DNA of 64,000 nt, taken from an uncultured bacterium (GTDB lineage: Bacteria; Babelota; Babeliae; Babelales; Babelaceae). Where the stretch lies: the NCBI GenBank assembly GCA_963717435.1, contig OY970332.1:928001-992000 (forward strand), written 5' to 3'. Made by a program: the position numbers and the translations under genes. The notes under the pieces were generated by a model. It did no database searches, was not told where the DNA came from, and worked only from the letters and a program-made list of their open reading frames with translations. This document shows, one piece after another, positions 37,704-47,582 of the stretch; within the stretch, counting starts at the first letter, position 1; each line of letters starts with the position of its first letter.

Positions 37704-39464
37704 TTATTTCTTAAATTTTTCTTCGAATCTTTTTACAATATCAGGGTTGAGTTGGTTATTATCCATAAGATGGAAATAGTTAAGCATGAAATCTTTTGCC
37801 ATAGTTATAGCAGGGGCTGTGGAGCCTGCGTGTTCGACGAAAACAATAATTGTAAGTGGTGAGTGTTCTTTGTATTTAAAGTTTGCTACAAACCAGCCGT
37901 GCTCTAAATAGATACCACCGAGGGTACGTTTGGATAAATCTGAAGTTTGGGCCGTACCGGTTTTTGCGTAGATCTTAATATTTTTTAATTTATTTAATCT
38001 TTGTGCGGTTCCGTGAGTGGACACAACACCTTTCATGCATTTTTTTAATATTTTTAGAGTGCTTTTTGAGATATTTATATCATGGGTTATTATCGGCTCG
38101 TCTTCCAATATTCTTGGTGTCACACGATATCCTGTGCATATCCCGGAAATCATGCAGGCTATTTGAATTGGCGTCACAAGCAAAAAGCTTTGTCCGATCG
38201 AACAAGAAATTGTTTCACCCGGCCACCAGGATTCCCCCTTCACTCTCTTTTTCCATTCACTTGTGGGAACAAGCCCAGAACTTTCTGGGAATATTATCCC
38301 CGTCTTTGAGCCAAACCCCAACTCTCTTGCATAAGCTGCCAGATTATCTATTTTTGCTCTTTTTCCAATATCATAAAATGGAATATTACAAGATTGCGCA
38401 AGTGCCTCTTTAAAATTAACAAGACCGTGCCCGATCTTTTTGTGGCAATAAATTGTTCTGCCCCCATACTCTATGCTCCCGTTACAGAACCATTTCGATT
38501 CTAGCGTTGCTAAATTATAATCTATAGCGTATGCCATTGTGACAAGTTTAAAGAGGGACGCTGGTGGATATTCTGCCGAAAGTGCGCGATTTAGAAAGCA
38601 GCGATTCTTTTGAAGATCCTGCCATTCGTCATGATTTATTGTTCGTAAAAAAATTTCTGGATCAAATTTTGGTCTTGAAATTAAAGCTTTAAGTGCGCCT
38701 GTTTCTGGATCCATCAAAATAAATGCTCCAGAATAATCTTCAGGAAAAAGTGTTTCTGCGCAAAGTTGTAAATCTAAATTTATAGTGGTTCTAATATCTG
38801 CGCCGATCTTTGGGGGCTTAACCTCTTTTTCTGCCAGATTATGTCCGACAGAATTAATCGTTTTGACAATCTCGCCCGGCTCACCTTTTAATTTTTCTTC
38901 ACACATTTTTTCGATCCCCATCCTGCCGGTTCTTTCAAGGTCGATAAACCCTAAATATCCTATAGTGTGGCTCGCGAAAGGGCCATAAGGGTAAAAACGC
39001 TTGAATGTTGTTGAAAGAACAATATTACTGTTATTTGAAAACTGTTCTGCAATTTTTCCCAGCTCCTCAAAAGATAGATCTATTTTTAATATTAGTTTTT
39101 GTTTCTTCTTTTCTGCCGGTAATAATTCAGGATTATTTAGAATTTCTATTGAGAGAATTTTTTCAAGATTTCTTATATTTTCAATATCTTTATCATCAAA
39201 ATTTTTTTTGCCCGATCCTTGCCAATTTACACAAGTTACTGGCCTGTTTGTTACAAGAAGCTTCCCGCTTGTATCAAGAATGTTGCCACGTGGCGGGCTT
39301 ATTTTTTCATGTCGCAAAAAGTTTTTCTGCCCCATGATAAAAAAACTTAAAGTCTTATTAACTTGCAGGTGAAACAGTCTGCCAACTATTATTAAAAACA
39401 GGAAAAATATCGAACCCACAAGAAGTTTAAGTCTTGTGGGTAAAATTTTTGATGGTATTTCCAT
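37704..39464 (-). CDS. mrdA: Penicillin-binding protein 2
   Basis: PPRGNILD, RFYPYG, SLFK, SCN and KTGTAQ motifs. Confidence 0.93.
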   Translation of the reverse strand: MEIPSKILPTRLKLLVGSIFFLFLIIVGRLFHLQVNKTLSFFIMGQKNFLRHEKISPPRGNILDTSGKLLVTNRPVTCVNWQGSGKKNFDDKDIENIRNLEKILSIEILNNPELLPAEKKKQKLILKIDLSFEELGKIAEQFSNNSNIVLSTTFKRFYPYGPFASHTIGYLGFIDLERTGRMGIEKMCEEKLKGEPGEIVKTINSVGHNLAEKEVKPPKIGADIRTTINLDLQLCAETLFPEDYSGAFILMDPETGALKALISRPKFDPEIFLRTINHDEWQDLQKNRCFLNRALSAEYPPASLFKLVTMAYAIDYNLATLESKWFCNGSIEYGGRTIYCHKKIGHGLVNFKEALAQSCNIPFYDIGKRAKIDNLAAYARELGFGSKTGIIFPESSGLVPTSEWKKRVKGESWWPGETISCSIGQSFLLVTPIQIACMISGICTGYRVTPRILEDEPIITHDINISKSTLKILKKCMKGVVSTHGTAQRLNKLKNIKIYAKTGTAQTSDLSKRTLGGIYLEHGWFVANFKYKEHSPLTIIVFVEHAGSTAPAITMAKDFMLNYFHLMDNNQLNPDIVKRFEEKFKK

Positions 39465-39470
39465 AGAAAA

Positions 39471-40319
39471 TTACTGCACAGATTTTTTATACTGCTTAGT
39501 AACATTTAGGGTTCTTAGGCCCAATAACTCTTCAACCATTTTCAAGTCTGTCCCTTTTTCTATCATATGAACGGCAAAAGAGTGTCTCAAAATATGTGGG
39601 GTTATTTTTTTCCCCTCAGTTAAAAACTTTTCGAACATGCCGCATATTCTCTGGATCGATCTTGTTGTTAAAGACTCGTTTTTGTGATTTACAAAAAGAA
39701 ACTCGCCGTTTTCTGTGCACTCTTTTTTTATGTAATCCACTAGCTTAGATTCAGTAGTTTCTTTGAGCGGGACCATTCTCGATTTTCTATTTTTTGTATT
39801 TATAAATATTTTTTTGTTAGTTAAGTCTATATCTTTTATTTTTATATTAACGATCTCAGAACATCTGATTCCTGTTGAATATAAGATATCAAGAATTAGT
39901 TTATCACGTGTAGGTTTCTGTGACGGGATACTTTTATTTGGGAGTTCTTCTATCAAGAATTGGATTTCTTTGTTTGCCAAAAATTCTGGCGCTTTGTTTA
40001 CTATTTTTGGTCTTTCAAAAGAAATCTCTATATTAATATCATGTAGTTTTAAAAATCTTATAAACGAACTTAGGCATGACATTTTTCTTGCTACAGATCG
40101 TTTATCTAAGATCTTATGTAACAGTGCGGTATTATAGCGTGAGATAGCTTTTGAAATTGGAATCTCAGATGCTTCTTTTTCCTGAATCTCTTTCCAGAAG
40201 TTTATAAACTGTGCAAGATCCAGGTCGTAAGATTTTCTTGTGTTAAGAGCTAGATGTTTTTCAATTTCAAGATAACGTATAAAATCATTTTTATATTTTA
40301 GACAGTCCTGTATATTCAT
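39471..40319 (-). CDS. XerC/XerD-like tyrosine recombinase
   Basis: N-terminal SAM-like domain, LYSTGIRCSE, TPHILRHSFA and TKQY. Confidence 0.85.
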   Translation of the reverse strand: MNIQDCLKYKNDFIRYLEIEKHLALNTRKSYDLDLAQFINFWKEIQEKEASEIPISKAISRYNTALLHKILDKRSVARKMSCLSSFIRFLKLHDINIEISFERPKIVNKAPEFLANKEIQFLIEELPNKSIPSQKPTRDKLILDILYSTGIRCSEIVNIKIKDIDLTNKKIFINTKNRKSRMVPLKETTESKLVDYIKKECTENGEFLFVNHKNESLTTRSIQRICGMFEKFLTEGKKITPHILRHSFAVHMIEKGTDLKMVEELLGLRTLNVTKQYKKSVQ

Positions 40320-40391
40320 CTTATTTCTTTTATTTCTTTGTTATTTGGTTTCAAAGCAAATTATATAGCCAACAATCTCAGTTAACTCTAC

Positions 40392-40457
40392 ACACCCGCT
40401 CGCCCTGAGTGTTCTTCGAAGCCTTGGCGAAGAAGAATGTATCGAAGGGTCGGGTGT
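40392..40457. repeat. Family A repeat copy
   Basis: CGCTCGCCCTGAGTG-TTCTT-CGAAGCCTTGGCGAAG-AAGAA-TGTATCGAAGGG closed by ACACCCG/CGGGTGT. Confidence 0.85.
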
Positions 40458-40477
40458 TTGTTGTTATACAAGATCTG

Positions 40478-43201
40478 CTATAAAATATTAAACTCTTTTA
40501 ATCTTCTATTAATCGATGAACGATTAACAGATAAGAGTGTAGCAATTTTGTTTTGATTTTTAAACTTATACCAAAGCATTGATAGAATCTTAGGATCTTT
40601 GATCGCTTTTTTGCCGAGTCTGACAGCTTCGACAAGTTCAGGATCGCTTATGCTGTATGCAGGGTCGAACTCAGTTGTTTCGTAAATCATATTTTTTGTA
40701 GACTTATCGACAAGCATCTGATGAACAATATTTTTGAACTCTTTTAAACTTAAAGATTTGTTAACATAAAGTCTGTTTTTATCTTTATCATTAAGCTCAA
40801 AAAGATTTTTGAAGGTTTGGGTTTTTATCGCTGTTTGCGTAAAGCCATCAGCAAGTTCGCTAATTTCAATCTTAGATAGATTTGTCAGTGACGGTAAACT
40901 TAAAGACATCTTCGCAAGCTCGTTATAAAGCTTTTCCAAGAATTTGCCCTCTTTGACCAACACTTGTAAATTTTGATTTGTAGATGCGATTATTCTTACA
41001 TCACTAAAATGTTTTTCGTCGCTCTTGTAGCCTTTATAAAATCCGTAAATTATAAAATCTGCTAACTGCTTTTGTGTTTCCAAGTTTAAGAAATGTATAT
41101 TTTCTATAAACAAAGTTCCTGCATTATTAAGTTTAGATAACAGGGGCTCGCCTGCATCGACTGCTCCAAGAAGTGGGTTTAGGCCAAATAATTTTATGGC
41201 AACCTCGTTATTCTTTTCAGGAGAGCTTAATTTAATCACATGCAAGTTTTGTCGCAAACTTATGTGGTGCAACATCTCAACAGTTGGTATCAAGTCATCT
41301 TCGGGCATATAAAGCAGAGTAGCTTTTTTGCTCAAAGATGTTTTGAGTAGTTCAATCTTAAAATTTAAAAACTGTGGGCTTGAACTTGGAATCAAGCTAT
41401 TAATTAAGCGGCCGGTATTTGTTGTTTCTAAGTATAATAAATAATCCCAAAGTGACGGATCTTTCAATACATCAAGCTGGGTTTTCAGGATATCTGATAT
41501 TTCTGGATAATAAACCAAAATTGTTATCAAGTTTGTTTCCAAACTTGGGACCCCGGCAAGAACAATTCTATTTCCGGTTAGATCTTTACTAAAAATCGTC
41601 TGGGCGCTTCTGTATTCTTGTACTTGTTTTGCCAATTTTTTAAGTGCTTGTGCTATTGGCTCGCCTGTTTGTTCATTCGGGTTTATACCAACGAGCTCTT
41701 GGGCTGCGATATTGGCCATATTAAATTTGTTGCCCTTATAAAATATTATCCCAATTTTTCTATCAGTATTTGCTCGCAGGAAAGACTTTATAGCCTCTTT
41801 ATATTGGTTAATTTCCTGATGCTTGCTATAAATTTCTTCTTTCAACTCTTTTTCTTGCTGGATTAGTTTATCCAGATCTCTACTCTTTAAAAGATTAATG
41901 GTGTTGCCAAGATAACTTGCAAATACCAATATTTCATCTCTTTCAATACTGCTAAAGAGCTTATCCGGCCTTGAATCTTTTTCGATTATTATATATCCGA
42001 CGATATTTTGCTTTTCAAATATGGGCAGGAATATGTCTGCGTTAATGCCATTTAGAAAATCGACTATAGCTGTTCTTGCACTATTTTCTTCATAAAAATT
42101 ACTGAACTCAATCTCGTCTTTAATTAAAACTTTCTTTTGCCTTAAGGTTTCTAGCACCAACGAATTTTCACTGCTATTTGCTAACAAGAAGTTTTCTACC
42201 TTTAGCGCTGTATTAACCTGATCGTTATGGTCCCCATCTTCCTGATGCTTATTTAGTTTTCTCAGATACAACTTTGTTCTATTTGCCGGTATCCCAAATC
42301 CTGACTTCAAGAAAGACTGGCTTATATGGGTCAATTCTCGCACGTTCGTGACTTTCCCCAAATCCTCCAAAATATCTTTAAAGTCAGTTATAAAGTTAAA
42401 ATTATGCTTTGCTTGCACATGGTCACTTAGATTTAAGAATCGCAGACCCATAACTTTGCTGGTGCAATAAAAAATGGTAAAAGTTAGTAAAGTTGTTGAT
42501 ATGCTACTGAAGCATAGTTACTAATCGCCAACCCAGATGATGATATGTGGGAAATATTGCAGTAAGTCTACAAAATGTATGGGACAATTAGATATGAAAT
42601 AAATGCCTTAACCTGGTGTTCTAGAATAACTGGCAAATTTCCAGAACGAAGTCTTATTAGAGACTTTATTGCAGCCACAACCATTAAGAAAATTAAATAT
42701 ATATGAGTTATTTTGGCAACAGAGAACTCCAGGGGAGATCATCTCGGAAATATGACACAAATTAAAATTGAATATTGCAAAATATAAAAAAACTAATACC
42801 AAAAAAGTGCTGGTTATTAAGAATGGGATGTGGCTGGGCTTTATTTTTGGTTTGGGTTCTACTATGTTCTCCAAAAATAATCCAAAAGATTGATATTGAA
42901 TTACAGCAAATGCCCAGGCCATTCTCACAATAAAAATATATAATCTTATATCTATGTTGGGAAAAAAGTTGTTTTTTAAAATTCTAAGAACCCAAGCAAC
43001 ATTACTTAACATGGCCCCAACAATAACCAACAATAAAATTTTTACTAGCCATGGCGCTCGTTTTGTTTTTAGACTATTTACAAGTAGTGACAGAAATATG
43101 TATGACTTCATAAGAAGAGATGCAATTTCGGCACAAAAAATGAATACAAAACTGCCCAGGCTTGCGTTAATTAAGTGTATAAAGAATTGAAAATCGACCA
43201 T
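40478..43201 (-). pseudogene. Frameshifted (or mis-assembled) membrane-bound regulator: multi-TM, GAF-like, degenerate sigma54-activator AAA and Fis-type HTH
   Basis: ORFs 42608-43201 and 40478-42451 are bridged by hydrophobic peptides in shifted frames; GTLFIENI, DVRIIASTN and NQNKIATLLSVNRSSINRRL. Confidence 0.7.
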
Positions 43202-43434
43202 ATTTGTTGATCTTTGTTTTTTAAGTAATTATAATTTTAACTAGTTTTTACAATATTTTTCAGGGAGCTCTTATGTATAATATTAAACCGATGTTCGGGT
43301 TCTTGGCAAATGCCTTCGTTCTTGGAATCATGTTATTTGGTTTTTCAGAGCAATTTTGTGCGCAACGAAATCCAGGTACTTGTACAGTATTTTTAGATTC
43401 TTCAGATTTTCCACCTATAGATTAAAGCTTTAAA

Positions 43435-44079
43435 ATGACAGATAAGACTCAGCTTGCCCTTAAAATAATAAAGCTATTAAAAGAAAAGACAAAGGGTATG
43501 CCGGAGCCGATGTCGCAGGTTTTGGTCTCAGAATATGGGCATGACCCATTCATAATCTTGATGTCATGCCTATTAAGCCTTAGGGCAAGGGATGTTCAGA
43601 CCTTGCCAGTAAGCCGGGAATTATTCAAAATTGCCCGTACTCCAGAAGAGATTCTGGCTATTCCAGATAAAAAGTTGGAAAAAATTCTTTTTCCACTGGG
43701 TTTTTATCACCGCAAGGCAAAAATCTTAAAAGAAGTGAGCCGTGAGCTTATAGACAGATTTGGGGGTAAGGTCCCAGATAATATGGAAGATCTGCTGTCA
43801 ATTAAGGGAATCGGTAGGAAAACCGCCAATTTGGTGTTGTCTCAAAGTTTTGGTATTCCGGCCATATGCGTCGATACCCATGTTCATAGATTGGCTAACC
43901 TGTTTGGCCTAGTTCACACTAAGACCCCGGATCAAACGGAGCAGGAGCTCATGAAAATAGTGCCCAAAAGATACTGGAGCGAGATTAATAGGTTATTTGT
44001 TATGTGGGGCCAAAATACTGGCCGGGGTAAGAATTCTACGGTTATTACGGGTTTGGGGGCAGTTGATAACAGGAAATAA
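43435..44079 (+). CDS. nth: Endonuclease III (HhH-GPD glycosylase) lacking the Fe-S tail
   Basis: LLSIKGIGRKTANLV and ICVDTHVHR. Confidence 0.9.
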   Translation: MTDKTQLALKIIKLLKEKTKGMPEPMSQVLVSEYGHDPFIILMSCLLSLRARDVQTLPVSRELFKIARTPEEILAIPDKKLEKILFPLGFYHRKAKILKEVSRELIDRFGGKVPDNMEDLLSIKGIGRKTANLVLSQSFGIPAICVDTHVHRLANLFGLVHTKTPDQTEQELMKIVPKRYWSEINRLFVMWGQNTGRGKNSTVITGLGAVDNRK

Positions 44080-44161
44080 TCTGATAAAATAGTATATATG
44101 TTGTTAAATGGGGGAATTATCTCTTATAAGTTACTATTCTAAAATAATGGAGTTAAAAAAT

Positions 44162-44785
44162 ATGAAAAAAATATTAGTTTTGGCTGCTTTTGCGGCTCAA
44201 GTTTTTTCTTTTAATTGTGTCAAAGCTGATTTAAAAGAAACAATCAAAAACGCGTCTTATGTAGGTTTTGATTATGTTAAAGATATTTTGGGCTTTAATA
44301 ATCCAAAAGATTTGAGAAATTTAGTTGATGCGATAAGTCAAGTTGATCCTACAAAATTTAAAGAAATTTTGGATACAAAAACCGATCTGTCTGAAGATTA
44401 TAAAAAAGATATTTTAGCTCAACTTGATGCAGTTAAATCTGAATGGGAGAAAAATAGAGGTGTAATTGGTAGGGTATCCAATTTAGCTTCTATTTCAGTT
44501 AGGCTTACTATATTTAGTATTTTATTGTTTTCTGAAGTGTTGATCATTCTGGCAACCGGCGACGCAACCGCCGACAAGGCAACCAGCGACGATCAAAAAG
44601 TGGGTATCAAACAGTTTGCGATTCTAATTGCAGCTTGTGCTGCTTTCCCACTTTATCTATCAGTCCCGTCTATAAAATCTTTTAAGAAACTGTTTATTCC
44701 TGCAAGAAAAATCGGGCAGTTGGAGCAAATGAGAAAGATGGTTGAAGAAAAAACAGAAAAGACTGTCGAAATTCAGGCTGCTTAA
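44162..44785 (+). CDS. Hypothetical exported/membrane protein
   Basis: Signal peptide plus two TM segments; GGAG RBS. Confidence 0.65.
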   Translation: MKKILVLAAFAAQVFSFNCVKADLKETIKNASYVGFDYVKDILGFNNPKDLRNLVDAISQVDPTKFKEILDTKTDLSEDYKKDILAQLDAVKSEWEKNRGVIGRVSNLASISVRLTIFSILLFSEVLIILATGDATADKATSDDQKVGIKQFAILIAACAAFPLYLSVPSIKSFKKLFIPARKIGQLEQMRKMVEEKTEKTVEIQAA

Positions 44786-44899
44786 GCCCGGTTTTAGCAC
44801 AAGTCGCTAAAATTAGACTTGAAAAATAAAATTATGTATAGCTATGCTACTTTGGTAGTGTAGCTATATTTTTTTGTAATTTTATATAGGGATCTTATC

Positions 44900-45637
44900 A
44901 TGAATTTTGAATCTGTTAAGAGCTATTTGTTTATTATTAAAGAATCTTGGATCGATAATCTTAGGGCGTTAAAGCCCGGGAATCTGGGCAAGTTGTTATT
45001 GGTAACTTTAAAGGGAGCGGTTGAGAGCGTTAGGTCTTTATTGTTTTATCTTCTCGGGCTGCTCTTGCTTTTTGGTCTAAAAAACTGGTTAATCAAGTTT
45101 TTGCCCGTTTTTTTGAGATGTCACGCGGGCTTAATTTATTGTATTATCTTGGGCTTATTGTGCTTTAATATTGTTTTGTCTTTGAGATCTTCTGTGAAAA
45201 TTAAAGATCTCGAGTATTATCTTGAGTATCAAAAATATTTACTGCCCGGGTCGGTTATAATTTTTTTGTTTTGTTTAGTTGATTTTTATTTTGACATTAA
45301 ACTGTTTTTAATCCCAGTTTTGTGGCTATTGTTTTTAACTGATAGTGAGTTAAATATTAAAAACTTTTTTGTCTCTGCGTATCGAGCTATTTTGATGCTT
45401 GTTGCGAATCTGCCATTATTTTTAATTATTAGATTTGTACTGTTTGGGTTTATTAATATTTTAAAGTTATCGAAACTTGCAATAAAATATTTTGTTCCAA
45501 ATACAACTCTTGCTTTATCTGGCTTGGGCTTAATTGTTTTTTATATAATTCTGTATCTTGTTTTAACTTATTTTATTGCTCTAGTAAGCAAAATTTATGT
45601 CAAACGGGTACATGAACAGTTTAATTTATATTTTTAG
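44900..45637 (+). CDS. Hypothetical multi-pass membrane protein
   Basis: Several hydrophobic helices. Confidence 0.65.
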   Translation: MNFESVKSYLFIIKESWIDNLRALKPGNLGKLLLVTLKGAVESVRSLLFYLLGLLLLFGLKNWLIKFLPVFLRCHAGLIYCIILGLLCFNIVLSLRSSVKIKDLEYYLEYQKYLLPGSVIIFLFCLVDFYFDIKLFLIPVLWLLFLTDSELNIKNFFVSAYRAILMLVANLPLFLIIRFVLFGFINILKLSKLAIKYFVPNTTLALSGLGLIVFYIILYLVLTYFIALVSKIYVKRVHEQFNLYF

Positions 45638-45651
45638 ATATTAATTTTTTA

Positions 45652-45707
45652 TGGTTCGATACATTTTTCTACGCTCTTCGAGCTACGAAAAACACTCACC
45701 ACGAGCG
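45652..45707. repeat. Family A repeat copy
   Basis: TGGTTCGATACA-TTTTT-CTACGCTCTTCGAGCTACG-AAAAA-CACTCACCACGAGCG. Confidence 0.85.
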
Positions 45708-45838
45708 GGTAAAAAATTAATTTATCACGAGTTCTAAAGTAAGTTTTTGAATTTTGGGATAAGCTCTAAAAAAATATAAAAAATTATATATAATATTGGT
45801 AGTGGTAATTGGCGTAAAACTTATTAAGGGGTTTTAAA

Positions 45839-46591
45839 GTGAATAGAGAAAATATAACTATTTTTACTGTTTTAAGAACTTTTTTAACTTATCTTTTGGC
45901 ATTTATTTTGGTTCTGATTTTTATTTTACCATGTTTTATTTGTACATTGTTGCCAGAAAAAATAAGATACGATAATAAGTTTTATTTCTGGTGTTTCTCA
46001 ATATTTTTTAAATTATTATTAAAAGTTTCTTTTTTGCCAGTAAAATTTTTCGGCAGATATAATATCCCAGATGGTCCGGTTATATTTGTTGCAAATCACC
46101 AGTCGGCAATCGATATACCGGTTGTTGGGGCAGTGATTGATGCACGAAAACATATCTGGCTCGTTCTTGAATATTACGCAAAGTTTCCAATATTAGGTTT
46201 TTTTGTCAGACGTATGTGCGTTACTGTTGATCGTGGAAATACTGAAAAATCTGCACGCTCTATTGTTCAGGTTTTGAGACTTACCAAAGATCACGATAGA
46301 GATTTGGTGATTTTCCCGGAGGCGGCCCGCTTTACTGACGGAGAGATTCATAAATTTATGCCTGGACTTGCAATGTTTTCAAAAAAACTTAACCGCCCAG
46401 TTGTTCCCATTTATATGCCAAATAATTACAAAATTTATCCACCAGGAAGTTTTTTGATACGAAATCATGAAGTTGTAGCAATTGTAGGGCAGCCATTTAC
46501 CTGCGGCGAAAATGAATCAGAAGAAGATTTTACAAACAGAGTTCAAAGTTGGTTCGTTGCACTTTCAGAAAATCAGGGACAATATAGATGA
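45839..46591 (+). CDS. plsC: 1-acyl-sn-glycerol-3-phosphate acyltransferase
   Basis: NHQSAID, VDRG and IFPEAAR motifs. Confidence 0.88.
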   Translation: MNRENITIFTVLRTFLTYLLAFILVLIFILPCFICTLLPEKIRYDNKFYFWCFSIFFKLLLKVSFLPVKFFGRYNIPDGPVIFVANHQSAIDIPVVGAVIDARKHIWLVLEYYAKFPILGFFVRRMCVTVDRGNTEKSARSIVQVLRLTKDHDRDLVIFPEAARFTDGEIHKFMPGLAMFSKKLNRPVVPIYMPNNYKIYPPGSFLIRNHEVVAIVGQPFTCGENESEEDFTNRVQSWFVALSENQGQYR

Positions 46592-47580
46592 TTTTTTCTT
46601 ACAGCTTTGCGTACCCAGCAGTTTTATATTTGGGTATACCGATAATATTGTTAATATCGTTTTATAGATTTTATTTTTATAAAAATAGTTTTTATAAGTT
46701 TAATTTTGTAAAACAGATAGCCCAGTATTCTGGTTCTAATAAATTTTTTTATAAAATTATCCCCTATTTATTAAGATTTTTTGTTTTGTTTTTGTTGCTT
46801 ATAGCAATTGCAAGGCCCCAAAAGCCGGATTCTAAAACGGTAACAAAAGTTGATGGGATAGATATCATGATGGTGCTGGATGTTTCTGGGAGTATGCAGT
46901 GCTTTGATGATCTTAAAGACAGACGAAGCAGATTTGAGGTCGCAAAATCTGAAGCAATTAAATTTATTAATAAACGTACAAATGATTCAATAGGCTTGGT
47001 TATATTTGCCAAAGATGTTGTCACAAGATGCCCTCTTACTTTTGATAAAAAGCTGTTAACAGGTATTGTGAGTGATCTGCAGTTGGGGCAAATTGATCAT
47101 ACTGATACGATGCTTGGCAAATCTCTGGTAACAGCGCTTTCACGACTTGAACACGCAAAATCAAAATCTAAAATTGTTATTTTATTGACTGACGGTGAGC
47201 CGTCGCAGGGTGATGTATCTGCTTTGGTGCCGATCGAGATGGCAAAAAAACTTGGTATTAAAATATATACTATTGGCGTCGGTTCTGATGCTGGCGGTTA
47301 TATTCAACATCCATATTTTGGTATTTCGCAATGTAATGTAAAAGTTAATACTGATTTATTGCAGATTATTGCGGATAAAACGGGTGGCAAATTCTTTTTT
47401 GCAAAATCGCCTGAAGATGTCGAAAAAATCTACGAGATTATCGACAGGCTTGAAAAAAGTGAAATTGAGGCCCCGATTTTCACTCGATTTAAAGATTACT
47501 TTTGGCCACTATTACTTTTGGGTTTTATATTTTTGTTTCTTGAAATTTTTTCTACAACAACTGTTTGGTCGAGATTATAA
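46588..47580 (+). CDS. batA: BatA-like VWA protein
   Basis: IARPQ, DVSGSM MIDAS, LLTDG and TGGKFF. Confidence 0.85.
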   Translation: MIFSYSFAYPAVLYLGIPIILLISFYRFYFYKNSFYKFNFVKQIAQYSGSNKFFYKIIPYLLRFFVLFLLLIAIARPQKPDSKTVTKVDGIDIMMVLDVSGSMQCFDDLKDRRSRFEVAKSEAIKFINKRTNDSIGLVIFAKDVVTRCPLTFDKKLLTGIVSDLQLGQIDHTDTMLGKSLVTALSRLEHAKSKSKIVILLTDGEPSQGDVSALVPIEMAKKLGIKIYTIGVGSDAGGYIQHPYFGISQCNVKVNTDLLQIIADKTGGKFFFAKSPEDVEKIYEIIDRLEKSEIEAPIFTRFKDYFWPLLLLGFIFLFLEIFSTTTVWSRL

Positions 47581-47582
47581 TT

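Noticed and set aside
36838-37838. Diversity-generating retroelement TR/VR pair
   Set aside because: Differences are not adenine-specific, many are synonymous, indels are present, and no reverse transcriptase is in the window
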